From Rhodospirillales bacterium (GTDB lineage Bacteria; Pseudomonadota; Alphaproteobacteria; Bin95), in the NCBI GenBank assembly GCA_008081395.1, contig VMCJ01000011.1, positions 14,264 to 78,263 on the forward strand: DNA of 64,000 nucleotides, in the 5' to 3' direction. This document shows, in pieces, positions 30,045 through 40,406 of the stretch. The notes under the pieces are model-generated. The model had not been told where the DNA came from. It saw only the letters and a list, made by a program, of their open reading frames with translations, and made no database searches. Made by a program: the position numbers and the translations under genes. Position 1 is the first letter of the stretch, and each line of letters starts with the position of its first letter.

Positions 30045-31694
30045 TTAAGCTGTAATGCCTGATTTGCTATCAGTGAGAATCATTTCAGCACCCTTTTCTG
30101 CTATCATTAAGGTAGGAGAGTTTGTGTTGCCTGAGGTTATTCTTGGCATCACTGAAGCATCTGCAATACGAATATTAGCCAATGCTTTAAGGCGTAGTCT
30201 CGAGTCTACTGGAGCATCGGAATCCTCTCCCATACGGGCAGTCCCAACGGGATGAAATATTGTAGTGGCAATATCGCCTGCAGCGCGCGCCAATTCCTCA
30301 TCACCATCAATGTGTGGTCCAGGCTTAAACTCTTCAGGTTGGTAACGTAGCATTGCTGGCTGACTGGCGATGTGCCTCGTCAGACGAACGGCTTGGGCTG
30401 CCACAATGCGATCAGCTGGGTCAGAAAGGTAGTTTGGGTGGATTTCTGGGGCCTCTCTGAAATCAGAGGAGGCAGCTCTTACTTCACCACGGCTCTCAGG
30501 GCGAAGGTTGCAAACCGAGGCTGTGAATGCAGGAAATGGATGTAGTGGTTCTCCAAATTTTTCAAGGCTTAGAGGCTGCACGTGATATTGCAGGTTTGGC
30601 GTCTCACGAGATGGGTCAGATTTGGCAAAGCAACCAAGTTGGCTTGGGGCCATAGTAAGGGGTCCGCGCCGAAAGAGGGCGTAATCTAGGCCCATTCCCA
30701 CCTTTCCCAAAATGGAGTTAGCCTGTTCATTAAGTGTTTTTACGCCACTTACTTTGTATGCAAGTCGTACTTGCAAATGGTCCTGCAGGTTTCGGCCCAA
30801 GCCATCGACATCTGATACCAAACTGACACCGATTTTTTGCAGCCACTCGCCAGGTCCTATTCCAGAAAGTTGAAGGATGTGGGGTGTTCCTATGGAGCCC
30901 GCTGCTAAAACAACTTCCCCTGCAACATTCGCCTGCTTTGAAACTCCATCTTGGTTAAAAAGAACAGCAGTAGTTCTTGCTTCTTTGATTTCTAGTTTCT
31001 CGACCTGGGCATTGGTAGCGACAACTAGGTTTTGCCTGCTAGCAATAGGTTTCAGGAATGCTTTAGATGCGTTCCATCTTACACCACGACGCTGATTCAC
31101 ATGAAAATAACCAACGCCCTCATTGTTGCCGCGGTTGAAATCTTCGACCGCAGGTATTCCTGCCTGCACAGCAGCTTCGCGGAAAGCGTCTAGTATTTCC
31201 CATGAGAGTCGGGGTTCCTCTACCCTCCATTCCCCTCCTGCTCCGTGCAGGTCATCAGCACCACCTTTAAAATCCTCTGTTCGCCGAAAATAAGGAAGTA
31301 CATCGTCCCAGGCCCAGCCCACGGCGCCAAGCTGACGCCAGCCATCATAGTCCCGAGCCTGACCCCGCATATAAATCATACCGTTGATTGATGAGCACCC
31401 TCCCAAAACCTTCCCTCGTGGGTAGTCAAGCACGCGGCCATTGAGACCTTCCTCTGCCACAGTTTTGAAACACCAATCCGTGCGCGGATTCATCATGGTG
31501 TACAGGTAGCCGACCGGAATATGTATCCAATGCCAGTTATCTTTTCCGCCTGCTTCAAGAAGCAAAACACGGTTTTCTGGATTTGCCGAGAGACGGTTGG
31601 CAAGTAAACATCCAGCGGTCCCAGCACCTATGACCACGTAGTCGAATAAGCCGATACTTTGGCGATCTTTCATGCCATTACCCTCTTCGCGCAA
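30045..31694 (-). CDS. GMC family oxidoreductase (choline dehydrogenase-like)
   Basis: DYVVIGAGTAGCLLANRLS FAD-binding N-terminus and both GMC signature motifs are present. Length is 549 aa. Confidence 0.85.
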   Translation of the reverse strand: MREEGNGMKDRQSIGLFDYVVIGAGTAGCLLANRLSANPENRVLLLEAGGKDNWHWIHIPVGYLYTMMNPRTDWCFKTVAEEGLNGRVLDYPRGKVLGGCSSINGMIYMRGQARDYDGWRQLGAVGWAWDDVLPYFRRTEDFKGGADDLHGAGGEWRVEEPRLSWEILDAFREAAVQAGIPAVEDFNRGNNEGVGYFHVNQRRGVRWNASKAFLKPIASRQNLVVATNAQVEKLEIKEARTTAVLFNQDGVSKQANVAGEVVLAAGSIGTPHILQLSGIGPGEWLQKIGVSLVSDVDGLGRNLQDHLQVRLAYKVSGVKTLNEQANSILGKVGMGLDYALFRRGPLTMAPSQLGCFAKSDPSRETPNLQYHVQPLSLEKFGEPLHPFPAFTASVCNLRPESRGEVRAASSDFREAPEIHPNYLSDPADRIVAAQAVRLTRHIASQPAMLRYQPEEFKPGPHIDGDEELARAAGDIATTIFHPVGTARMGEDSDAPVDSRLRLKALANIRIADASVMPRITSGNTNSPTLMIAEKGAEMILTDSKSGITA

Positions 31695-31751
31695 GATACT
31701 TTTACAGGCATATACTTATTTTACAAAAATTCTAAGGGGGAACGCGGCGTG

Positions 31752-32543
31752 ATGGAGTATGTGGAGGCTAATGGAGCAGTTTTTCGAACCGAAAGGGTTG
31801 GGGGTGGTTCAGGCCATCCGTTACTGCTGATCCATGAGCTGGGCGGTGACATGATGAGTTGGGATCCCGCAATTGCAGCGGGCTTGGTGAATAATCGACC
31901 TGCACTGCGCATGGATTGGCGTGGTGCAGGGATGTCTGAAAAAATTCGCGGACCATTCGACATCGATATTATGTGTGCAGACATCATGAAAGTTGTGAAG
32001 GAAACAGGTTTTGGTGATAGGGGACCTATTGATGTACTCGGGATCGCGTTAGGCGGGGGCGTAGCTATTGGGCTTGCAATTCGCTATCCGGAGTTAGTGC
32101 GTCGGATGATTTCTACTAGCTCTGCAATCGGTGGAGCAGGTGCTAGAGACCGCATGTTGCAACGGGCTGCAGGCGTAGAAAAAGAGGGTATGCGGCCTTA
32201 TTGCGAATCTAGTCATGCTGTTTCTTTTGCTGAACCTCTGCGAACAGACCCAGAATTGTACGCTTGGTACCGTAAAAAATGGATATCCCAAGACCCGGCA
32301 AGCTTTGCAGCCCATAACAGGATGCTAGCTAATATGGACGAAACTCCAAATCTTGGGAAAATTAAGGCGCAAACTCTTATCCTCTCGGGTACTCATGACC
32401 CCTTGAGGACCCCTCAAGCTGTTAAAGAAATTGCAGATGCTATTCCGGGATCTCAGTATGAGGAGTTGGATACAGGCCACTTTATGCATGTACAGACCCC
32501 GAACCTGTGCGCTACTCGCATTCCGGCATTCCTCGACGCATAG
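31752..32543 (+). CDS. alpha/beta hydrolase
   Basis: HELGGD oxyanion-hole region and a GxALGGG nucleophile elbow variant are present. ATG at 31752 is preceded by AGGGGGAA. Confidence 0.7.
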   Translation: MEYVEANGAVFRTERVGGGSGHPLLLIHELGGDMMSWDPAIAAGLVNNRPALRMDWRGAGMSEKIRGPFDIDIMCADIMKVVKETGFGDRGPIDVLGIALGGGVAIGLAIRYPELVRRMISTSSAIGGAGARDRMLQRAAGVEKEGMRPYCESSHAVSFAEPLRTDPELYAWYRKKWISQDPASFAAHNRMLANMDETPNLGKIKAQTLILSGTHDPLRTPQAVKEIADAIPGSQYEELDTGHFMHVQTPNLCATRIPAFLDA

Positions 32544-32568
32544 AATTTTACTCGAAAGGACTTGATCA

Positions 32569-33375
32569 ATGAACGACGTCTATGAGTTATACGCCATAAA
32601 ATATGGCGAAACTGAAAACCGACCTATGAGTGAAAATTACATAGGTGGAGATCCTCACGATACCAGTCAGAATTTGGCTTATTTCATCTGGGTGGCTACG
32701 AACAATGAACGGACGTTTGTTATTGATACGGGTTTTAACTACGAAGTAGCAGCCGCGCGAGGACGGAAATTAGATCGTTTGCCGAGGGAAGGACTTGACC
32801 TGATTGGAATTGATGCAGGGAAAGTTGAGCAGGTTATCATAACTCACCTCCATTATGATCACGCTGGAACATTTACAGATTTTGGCAATGCTCGGCTGCA
32901 TTTACAGGACAGTGAAATGGCGATGGCTACGGGGCGGTGTATGTGCCACGCACCCCTGCGGCTTCCGTATCATGTTGACGACGTATGTGAGATGGTTCGT
33001 AAGGTTTATGCCGAGCAAGTAGACTTTCATAATGGCGATCAAGAAATTGCTCCGGGCATAAGTTTACATCTCTGTGCTGGTCATGCTGCAGGTCTTCAGT
33101 CAGTTAGAGTAAAAACTCGCCGTGGTTGGGTCATGGTTGCTTCAGACGCAACGCACCTTTACATGAATTTCAAGGACAAAAAGCCATTCCCCATAATGGT
33201 AAACATGGCAGAGATGATGGAGAGTTGGGGAAAGCTAATCCGGCTAGGTGATAGTATTGATCACGTTGTGCCTGGCCATGATCCTAAGGTGCTTGAATAT
33301 TATCCAGCAGCTGACCCCAAACTTGAGGGAATTGTTGCTAGATTGGATGTGGCGCCAAAGGTGTCTATCGCATGA
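32569..33375 (+). CDS. MBL-fold metallo-hydrolase (N-acyl-homoserine lactonase-like)
   Basis: HLHYDHAG zinc-binding motif. Length is 268 aa. Confidence 0.7.
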   Translation: MNDVYELYAIKYGETENRPMSENYIGGDPHDTSQNLAYFIWVATNNERTFVIDTGFNYEVAAARGRKLDRLPREGLDLIGIDAGKVEQVIITHLHYDHAGTFTDFGNARLHLQDSEMAMATGRCMCHAPLRLPYHVDDVCEMVRKVYAEQVDFHNGDQEIAPGISLHLCAGHAAGLQSVRVKTRRGWVMVASDATHLYMNFKDKKPFPIMVNMAEMMESWGKLIRLGDSIDHVVPGHDPKVLEYYPAADPKLEGIVARLDVAPKVSIA

Positions 33376-34235
33376 CTGACTGGTCAGAACGCCGGAAAGC
33401 CTTCCGGCAAGTAATCGAAGGTCAAGCATGTGTTCATCCAGCATCTGTTTTTGACCCAATGTCAGCTCGAATTGCGCAGTCAATTGGATTTGAGATAGGG
33501 ATGCTGGCTGGATCTACGGGATCACTGACTGTCTTAGGTGCCCCTGATTTGATTGTACTAACCCTAACAGAATTTGCAGACCAGGCGCTTCGTATTAACC
33601 GGGCAGCAGACATTCCATTAATGGTTGATGCAGATCACGGTTATGGCAATGCATTAAGTGTTATGCGGACCGTACAAGAACTCGAGACTGCCGGCGTTTC
33701 CGGAATGTCGATTGAAGATACGGAGCTACCCCAACCGTTTGGTGAGACTAAACAGCGCCTTCTTTCCATCGAAGAGGGAGTTGGAAAGATGAAAGCTGCG
33801 ATGGCCGCCAAGCAAGATCCAAAGTTAGTCGTGGCCGGGCGCACAAGTGCGATCCAAATTTCTGGGCTGGAGGAATGTTTGCGGCGAGCAAAAGCCTACG
33901 AGGCTTGTGATGTCGATATACTCTTTTTTGTTGGGGTAAAGACGCGGGCAGAATTAGATGCGTTGTCTGCTGCTACGACATTACCAATAATGCTGGGGGG
34001 GGCGACGCCTGAACTTTCGGACAAAGAATACCTCGCTAGTCGGCGCGTACGAATTGCTCTTCAAGGTCATCAGCCCATCATGGCGGGCATAGAGGCGGTA
34101 AGAGCCACTATGCAGGCTCTACGTGATGGAACCTCACCAAAAGACTTAACTGGCTTGCCATCGGCCGAAACTGTAAAAGTTGCTACGCGATCGGCTGATT
34201 ATGACCGTTGGAGTGCGGATTTTCTCGGCCAATGA
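33372..34235 (+). CDS. isocitrate lyase / PEP mutase superfamily enzyme (oxaloacetate decarboxylase or methylisocitrate lyase-like)
   Basis: ICL/PEPM superfamily TIM-barrel blocks (GxYDxxSAR-like DPMSARIA, DADHGYGN, SIEDT). The start overlaps the upstream stop (ATGA). Confidence 0.75.
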   Translation: MTDWSERRKAFRQVIEGQACVHPASVFDPMSARIAQSIGFEIGMLAGSTGSLTVLGAPDLIVLTLTEFADQALRINRAADIPLMVDADHGYGNALSVMRTVQELETAGVSGMSIEDTELPQPFGETKQRLLSIEEGVGKMKAAMAAKQDPKLVVAGRTSAIQISGLEECLRRAKAYEACDVDILFFVGVKTRAELDALSAATTLPIMLGGATPELSDKEYLASRRVRIALQGHQPIMAGIEAVRATMQALRDGTSPKDLTGLPSAETVKVATRSADYDRWSADFLGQ

Positions 34236-34513
34236 CGCCAGAAATTCTTCGCCTCTCCGTGGAAGAAGATGCGCCACCAGAAAATCTTTCGCCGCTGCTT
34301 TGTGCTCTTTGGTTCGCTGCTAAGAACCAATGGAATGTGGCACATGAGATTGTTCAAGCAGAAGACGGCAAGGATGCCGCCTGGGTCCATGCCCACTTGC
34401 ATCGTATTGAGGGCGACCTTGCTAATGCTAGCTATTGGTATCGTCGTGCTGGAAAGGTGGAACGTTCGGGCTCTTTGAGTGATGAATGGGAAGAGATCGT
34501 AACGGCACTATAG
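34232..34513 (+). CDS. hypothetical 93-aa protein translationally coupled to the ICL/PEPM-family gene
   Basis: ATG at 34232 overlaps the upstream TGA (ATGA). I recognise no domain. Confidence 0.4.
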   Translation: MTPEILRLSVEEDAPPENLSPLLCALWFAAKNQWNVAHEIVQAEDGKDAAWVHAHLHRIEGDLANASYWYRRAGKVERSGSLSDEWEEIVTAL

Positions 34514-34714
34514 CTCCTCGGTCCAAGGGTCATAGCCGTAGCACCATGCTGGATCGGTTTTGGCCCTCATCCAGGTGTTAGCCTAAGAGACGGCTTGTGC
34601 TTTAACGGTTCTGGAAAACCTTTTTTGCTTAAAAGTATTGAGGCCTATATTCCCAGGCGTGAAAGCGCATTTGCCATAGCAAGCCCCCCATGATGGCAAT
34701 ACGAATATCTTTAA

Positions 34715-35932
34715 TCATACAGATTTGCCGCGCTGGGCACGCCCTACCATGGCGAGCGCGCAGATAGATATAACTCCCAAGGCTGCCAGCGCCGCAGTTG
34801 CTGAAATGACTACCCCGTAACCCCCTAACTCCCAAATCAGAGCGCCCAGGTGGGGTGCAAATGCAAATGCAGCCAAATATGGCAATGCTAGCCAACCAGC
34901 TATTGATCCAAAATTGTCACGCCCAAGAAATTCAGCTGTCAGCGCCGGTTTTAATATGCTGGTGAGACCGTATGCGCCGCCCTGCAATACTGCGAATAGG
35001 AAGGCTAACTCAGGTTCTCCGCCAGCTGTTAACAGCACCACAGAAGCTATCATCACGATTAAAAATGCTGAGCCTGACATGGTTAGTGATTGCACGCGCT
35101 TCTCGAACAACATCAACATAACCCGACCAAAAACTTGCATCGGTCCAATAGTCGAGGCGACAAGGATTGCTGTCTCTCTTGTTATTTGACGCTCTGTTAG
35201 GATAGGCATGATGTGGTTGAGTAGGATGCCGTGGTTCAGCGCCATAAAGGGAAATGCGATAGCCAACATCCAGAACTGTGGCCGGCGGATTGCTATTTGG
35301 ACAGCAGCCGTATTCAACGCCTTGACTTCGTTACTGGGTCTATTTCTTGGCTTATCCTGTTCCACCAAGGCCGTGCCATAAAAAAGGGATGGCACAGCAA
35401 CAATGGCGGCAATGATGGCAAAGACTAACAGACCAGTCCGCCAGTCGGTTTGCTTAAGCATCCAGGCCGTAGTTAAGAAGCATAATGTGGACGCTAAGCC
35501 GGCTATCAAGGTGATTTTGGTAATTGCTGGCCTGGCTTTTTCACCAAACGCCCGAGTGACCACAGAGAAACATGGCTCATAGAGGCAGCAACCTTGTGCG
35601 GCTCCGATTACAGCCCAAACGGCAAGGAATGTCCAAGGGTCATTTACGAAAGAAAGCCCAGCTAAGGCCAGGCAGCCAAGAAAAGCTCCGCCTCCAAGGA
35701 CCCAGCGACCTAGCCCTTCATCAATCCGACGGCCAGCCCAGGGTGAAACTAAAGCGGCGATCAATATTGCTACGGTTAGTCCTAGTGTTAAATCTGCCTT
35801 TTGCCAACCAAGCGTTTCCTCCCAGGTCAGTAGAAGGCCAGCAAAGATGTAGAAGATGTAGGCCCAGATAACTGTCTCGCCTAGGCCGAGCAGCCATACT
35901 CCTAACAATCGTTTATGGCCTGCATCAGTCAT
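34715..35932 (-). CDS. MFS transporter
   Basis: 12-TM-like hydrophobicity pattern with the MFS motif A region. Length is 405 aa. Confidence 0.8.
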   Translation of the reverse strand: MTDAGHKRLLGVWLLGLGETVIWAYIFYIFAGLLLTWEETLGWQKADLTLGLTVAILIAALVSPWAGRRIDEGLGRWVLGGGAFLGCLALAGLSFVNDPWTFLAVWAVIGAAQGCCLYEPCFSVVTRAFGEKARPAITKITLIAGLASTLCFLTTAWMLKQTDWRTGLLVFAIIAAIVAVPSLFYGTALVEQDKPRNRPSNEVKALNTAAVQIAIRRPQFWMLAIAFPFMALNHGILLNHIMPILTERQITRETAILVASTIGPMQVFGRVMLMLFEKRVQSLTMSGSAFLIVMIASVVLLTAGGEPELAFLFAVLQGGAYGLTSILKPALTAEFLGRDNFGSIAGWLALPYLAAFAFAPHLGALIWELGGYGVVISATAALAALGVISICALAMVGRAQRGKSV

Positions 35933-36041
35933 TAGAACTGCTAAGCCTGAAAAACTCTAAGGAACCAGGGTGAGACATAGCGAAACCAAACAAAAATGTT
36001 TCACCATAATCGAAGTCATGGTGATCCAGCGCAAGCCCCTC

Positions 36042-36485
36042 TCATACTAGCCCTAATTCTTTCAATTCAGCTAGCATCGAGGCTGGCATCGCTGGGTCGA
36101 TTTCACCTGAGAGTTCGTGAAGATCTTCTGGGGCATCTTTGGCGTCAAGATATCTCCAGCCTTGGAATGGCCGAGTGGCGCGCGGGACGACTGGGATCAA
36201 TTCTGGTGCCAGTAAAATGCCACACCGTCGTATCCCGTCTTCACCATACACTTCTTCAAAGTCCAAAATAATTTGGCGAGCTTGCATAACGCCCTTGATC
36301 ACCCAGAACATGCTTCCACTATTGGCAAGCAGTTCATTGGCTCGCTTTGGCCACATGCGTGTCACATGACGGCTGATAGCTGGCTCACCGCGTTCCTTGC
36401 GCTGGGAGCGGCGCATTGCCTGGATTGTAGCAAGATTATCGATGCTATCTGTGCCTACAGAGAGTTTTCGGAGATGTAGCGTCAT
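36042..36485 (-). CDS. DUF1489 family protein
   Basis: Conserved blocks typical of DUF1489 (LxKLSVGxDSIxxL, TRMxPKR, WVIKG, FQGWRYL..DAP.DL). Confidence 0.5.
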   Translation of the reverse strand: MTLHLRKLSVGTDSIDNLATIQAMRRSQRKERGEPAISRHVTRMWPKRANELLANSGSMFWVIKGVMQARQIILDFEEVYGEDGIRRCGILLAPELIPVVPRATRPFQGWRYLDAKDAPEDLHELSGEIDPAMPASMLAELKELGLV

Positions 36486-36592
36486 GAGTTAAACTTATAG
36501 TTATGATGCTGCTCGTCTATGGGATGGATTGTGGATTGTCTAACGGTTAGAGTTTTGTGGTACATCCATTTTCTTTCAGAGGAGCTCTTCCC

Positions 36593-37210
36593 ATGTCGAT
36601 AACTCTTTACGGCATAGCTGCCAGTCGCGCGTCGCGCTGCCTTTGGGCGCTAGAAGAAACTGGTTTGCCTTACCAACACGTTAAAACGGTGATGCGCAAG
36701 GACACTGGGACACCAGAGTTTCTGAAGGTTAATCCTAATGGACGTATACCAGTCCTCGTTGATGGTGAGGTCGTAATGTTCGAGTCTTTGGCCATAAATT
36801 CTTATATTGCCAGTAAGGCTGGAGGAGACTTGGCACCCAAGAATTCAGTGGAAAGCGCAGCTTTAATGCAGTGGTCGCTTTGGGTGATGACGGAAGCTGA
36901 AAAGGCCTTGCTCGATGCTATGTTCCATACTCTGGGTATCATGGGTAGAGAGAAAGACGTCGATAAGGTTGCCGAAGCAGTTTCAATACTGGAGCGTCCA
37001 TTTAAGGTATTGAATCTAGAGTTAGAAAAAAAGAATTGGCTTGTGGGAGATCGCTTCTCAATAATCGACCTAAACGTTGCCAGCGTTCTCTCGTGGGCAA
37101 AGACTGCAAGGTTAGATCTATCTGCGTTTCCTAATATTGAACGTTGGCTTACGGCTTGCTTGGGACGGCCAGCTTTTGGACGTGTGAGGGAAATGCAGAA
37201 GGCGGGTTAG
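36593..37210 (+). CDS. glutathione S-transferase
   Basis: GST N-terminal thioredoxin-like domain (LYGxxxSRASRxLWALEE) and a C-terminal helical domain. ATG at 36593 is preceded by GAGGAG. Confidence 0.75.
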   Translation: MSITLYGIAASRASRCLWALEETGLPYQHVKTVMRKDTGTPEFLKVNPNGRIPVLVDGEVVMFESLAINSYIASKAGGDLAPKNSVESAALMQWSLWVMTEAEKALLDAMFHTLGIMGREKDVDKVAEAVSILERPFKVLNLELEKKNWLVGDRFSIIDLNVASVLSWAKTARLDLSAFPNIERWLTACLGRPAFGRVREMQKAG

Positions 37211-37213
37211 CAA

Positions 37214-38350
37214 TTACTGACGGAACTGTTTTGACAGCTTCAGGCCCTGACTTTGGTAGTTGGAGCCCGCGTCTTGGCCATAGAGGAGATCCGTAGCGCT
37301 AGTAAGGCGCTCAATTGCTACAAAGCCGGCGACCTGCCCGTCATCAACCATAAAGGGCACCTCATGGCTGCGGACTTCCAGTACTATTTTTGCACCTATG
37401 CGCTTATTGCCCTGATAGCCGAAACCAGGGTCAAAAAAGCCCGCATAGTGGACCCTGAATTCCCCTACTAGAGTATCGTAGGCAAACATGTCCGCAGCCC
37501 AACCATCGGGAATGGCGACGGTTTCTTTTGTTGCAAGAATATGAAAATGGTCTCTTTCTAGAATTAGACCCCTGCCTTCAGGCCGATAAAGTGTTTCCCA
37601 GAAATCAGATGGCTCGTAGGCACCTTTTTGATCAACATCTATAGGTTGATCAGTAGTTCGAGATTTGTAACCAACAATTCCCGTGTCCAGGTTGCCTACA
37701 ACATCTACGGAAAGTGCAATTGCTCCATCCCTGACAATGGCATCGCCAACCTCTGGGAGAATTACACCATAAGTTTCGTTAAGCTCTCGAACGGCTCGAC
37801 TACCAATACTGGGAGTTCCGGTTCGGAAGCGGAGCTGAGCTAGTCTCGAGCCAGGCCGCACTATTATGTTAAAAGACCTAGGAGCAATTTCTAACCAAAG
37901 TGGACCAGTGTAACCTTCTTCAACGGTATCAAATTGAACACCAAAATCGGTAATGAGCCGCGCAAAAATATCTAATCTTCCCGTCGAACTTTTAGGATTT
38001 GCGAAACCAGACTCGCGCCGTCTTAAGTCTACTGTCTCTTGCAAACGAACTATGTAGATTGATCCTGTCTTAAGCTCTGCTCCCCCAGATAGATCGATGC
38101 GCTTAGCGTCAACAGATTTGAGTTTATCCGCCATAGACCAATCGCGGCCCGGTAGGAAGCTGGCGGGCACTTCGTAGCCTTGGGCTGACAGCCGAAGGTC
38201 TAAACTTGCTGGTTGAATTTGATCGATATCGAAAGGTGTCTCTGCACGAATTCGACCAACTTCAGCGACTTGGCGAATGCGTTGCGCGGGCCAAACACCA
38301 GTTCCGCCTTCATGTTCGCGAGGAATTTCTGGAAATATTGGTTGCTTCAT
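37214..38350 (-). CDS. 2'-deoxycytidine 5'-triphosphate deaminase, long alphaproteobacterial form
   Basis: The dCTP deaminase/dUTPase beta-barrel motifs appear twice across the 378-aa sequence. Confidence 0.6.
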   Translation of the reverse strand: MKQPIFPEIPREHEGGTGVWPAQRIRQVAEVGRIRAETPFDIDQIQPASLDLRLSAQGYEVPASFLPGRDWSMADKLKSVDAKRIDLSGGAELKTGSIYIVRLQETVDLRRRESGFANPKSSTGRLDIFARLITDFGVQFDTVEEGYTGPLWLEIAPRSFNIIVRPGSRLAQLRFRTGTPSIGSRAVRELNETYGVILPEVGDAIVRDGAIALSVDVVGNLDTGIVGYKSRTTDQPIDVDQKGAYEPSDFWETLYRPEGRGLILERDHFHILATKETVAIPDGWAADMFAYDTLVGEFRVHYAGFFDPGFGYQGNKRIGAKIVLEVRSHEVPFMVDDGQVAGFVAIERLTSATDLLYGQDAGSNYQSQGLKLSKQFRQ

Positions 38351-38431
38351 AGTCAGGGTGTTTTTGGATAAAGTAGATTACCAATAGACCCGGAATCTGC
38401 TCTGAAGCAAAGGCCGGCCTATCCACAGGCG

Positions 38432-38459
38432 CTTGACCTAACCCTGCTTTATCCCACAT
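38432..38459 (+). promoter_or_regulatory. putative sigma-32 (RpoH)-type promoter of hslVU
   Basis: CTTGAC-N15-CCCACAT lies ~35 nt upstream of the hslV ATG. It matches the CTTGAA-N13-17-CCCCATnT heat-shock consensus. Confidence 0.4.
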
Positions 38460-38493
38460 GCATGCAGGACAACACATAAAGTTCGGATTCACA

Positions 38494-39054
38494 ATGGCTG
38501 ATAATGACCCTTCACTTTGGCACGGTACCACTATTCTCGCAGTTAGAAAGAATGGCCGAGTAGCCATCGCCGGGGATGGGCAGGTGAGCTTAGGCCATAC
38601 TGTTATCAAGGGTACCGCTAGAAAGGTCCGTAGACTTGCAGGTGGGACAGTTATTGCAGGTTTTGCTGGTGCCACTGCTGATGCATTTGCTCTTTTTGAA
38701 AGACTTGAAGCCAAACTTGAACAGTATCCAGGCCAGCTGGCGCGTGCTGCTGTGGAAATGGCAAAGGAATGGCGCACCGACCGTTATCTCCGAAGATTAG
38801 AAGCGATGATGGCGGTTGCTGACGCATCTACTTCTCTCACCTTGACGGGCGTGGGTGATGTGCTGGAGCCAGATGATGGTCTAATAGGAATCGGGTCAGG
38901 AGGCGGGTATGCTCTTTCAGCTGCTCGTGCACTTTTACCGCTTGAAGGAATGGATGCTGAAATGATTGCGCGTCGTAGTCTTGAAATTGCATCAGAAATT
39001 TGCGTTTACACTAACAACAACATCGTCATCGAAGCCATGGACGCGGAAGTATAA
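38494..39054 (+). CDS. hslV: ATP-dependent protease subunit HslV
   Basis: The N-terminal Thr nucleophile context ([20 protein letters not shown]) is present. The stop overlaps the hslU ATG (TAATG). Confidence 0.9.
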   Translation: MADNDPSLWHGTTILAVRKNGRVAIAGDGQVSLGHTVIKGTARKVRRLAGGTVIAGFAGATADAFALFERLEAKLEQYPGQLARAAVEMAKEWRTDRYLRRLEAMMAVADASTSLTLTGVGDVLEPDDGLIGIGSGGGYALSAARALLPLEGMDAEMIARRSLEIASEICVYTNNNIVIEAMDAEV

Positions 39055-40367
39055 TGACCAGCTTTTCCCCCCGCGAAATCGTATCAGAACTTGATCGTCA
39101 CATTATTGGACAGAAAGATGCAAAGCGCGCTGTTGCGGTGGCATTGCGTAACCGTTGGCGTCGGCGTCAATTGCCCGATAGCCTTAAAGATGAGGTCCTG
39201 CCGAAAAATATTTTGATGATCGGGCCTACAGGTGTCGGCAAAACTGAGGTTGCCCGGCGCCTTGCTCGGCTTGCCGAGGCGCCTTTTATAAAAGTCGAAG
39301 CAACGAAGTTTACGGAAGTTGGATATGTTGGCCGTGACGTAGAGTCTATCGTGAGGGATCTTGTTGAAATTGCAGTTCATGCGGCCCGAGAAAAACAGAG
39401 AGCGACATTACTTCCGAAAGCAGAGATCGCTGCGGAAGAACGAGTTATAGATGCATTGGTGGGTGAGGCAGCATCTGAGTCTTCGAGACAGACTTTCCGA
39501 AAGAAGCTCCGCGAAAATGAGTTGAATGATCGAGAAATAGAGATCGAACTGCGAGATGGTCCTGGAGGACCAAAAATGCCGAGCTTTGAGATACCTGGCA
39601 TGCCGGGAGCTCAAATGGGAGTGATGAACCTAAACGATATCTTTGGTAAGGCGTTTCAGGCGCCGACCAAGAAGCGCCGCATGACAGTGGGTGAGAGTTA
39701 TGAGGCTCTTGTTCGTGAAGAGAGTGAAGCATTAGTGGATGAAGATGCTGCTGCTCGCGAGGCTGTTGAAGCTGTTGAGGAGAATGGCATCGTTTTTCTC
39801 GATGAAATCGACAAAATTGCAAGTGCGGCTAACCGCTCCGGTGCCGATGTTTCAAGGGAGGGTGTTCAGCGAGATTTGCTGCCTCTCATAGAGGGAGCAA
39901 CGGTGCCTACTAAGTATGGAACCGTAAAAACTGATCATATTCTATTCATTGCCTCCGGCGCTTTCCACCTGGCGAAGCCTTCGGATTTATTGCCTGAGCT
40001 TCAGGGGCGTTTACCTATCCGCGTTGAATTAAAGGCTCTCGAAAGGGATGATTTCGTAAGAATTTTACGAGAGCCTGAAGCATCTTTACTCGTGCAATAC
40101 AAAGCACTCATGGAAACTGAAGGTGTGACCCTAGACTTTACTGACGATGCGATCGAAGCACTTGCGGACCTAACAGCAGAAATAAATGCTAGTGTTGAAA
40201 ATATTGGTGCCCGGCGTCTGCATACTGTTATGGAGAGATTGCTGGAGGAAATAAGTTTTGATGCATCTGACCGAAAGGGTGAGTCGATAAAAATAGATGG
40301 TGAGATGGTTAGAGACCGTGTCGGAGAGCTTGCTAAGGACACTGATCTTTCAAAATTTATCTTATAA
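39054..40367 (+). CDS. hslU: ATP-dependent protease ATPase subunit HslU
   Basis: Walker A GPTGVGKT and the AAA+ core with an I-domain insertion are present. Length is 437 aa. Confidence 0.9.
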   Translation: MTSFSPREIVSELDRHIIGQKDAKRAVAVALRNRWRRRQLPDSLKDEVLPKNILMIGPTGVGKTEVARRLARLAEAPFIKVEATKFTEVGYVGRDVESIVRDLVEIAVHAAREKQRATLLPKAEIAAEERVIDALVGEAASESSRQTFRKKLRENELNDREIEIELRDGPGGPKMPSFEIPGMPGAQMGVMNLNDIFGKAFQAPTKKRRMTVGESYEALVREESEALVDEDAAAREAVEAVEENGIVFLDEIDKIASAANRSGADVSREGVQRDLLPLIEGATVPTKYGTVKTDHILFIASGAFHLAKPSDLLPELQGRLPIRVELKALERDDFVRILREPEASLLVQYKALMETEGVTLDFTDDAIEALADLTAEINASVENIGARRLHTVMERLLEEISFDASDRKGESIKIDGEMVRDRVGELAKDTDLSKFIL

Positions 40368-40406
40368 ACTTTTTGTCTAATTCAGCCTCTTTAGGGAACC
40401 AAATCC

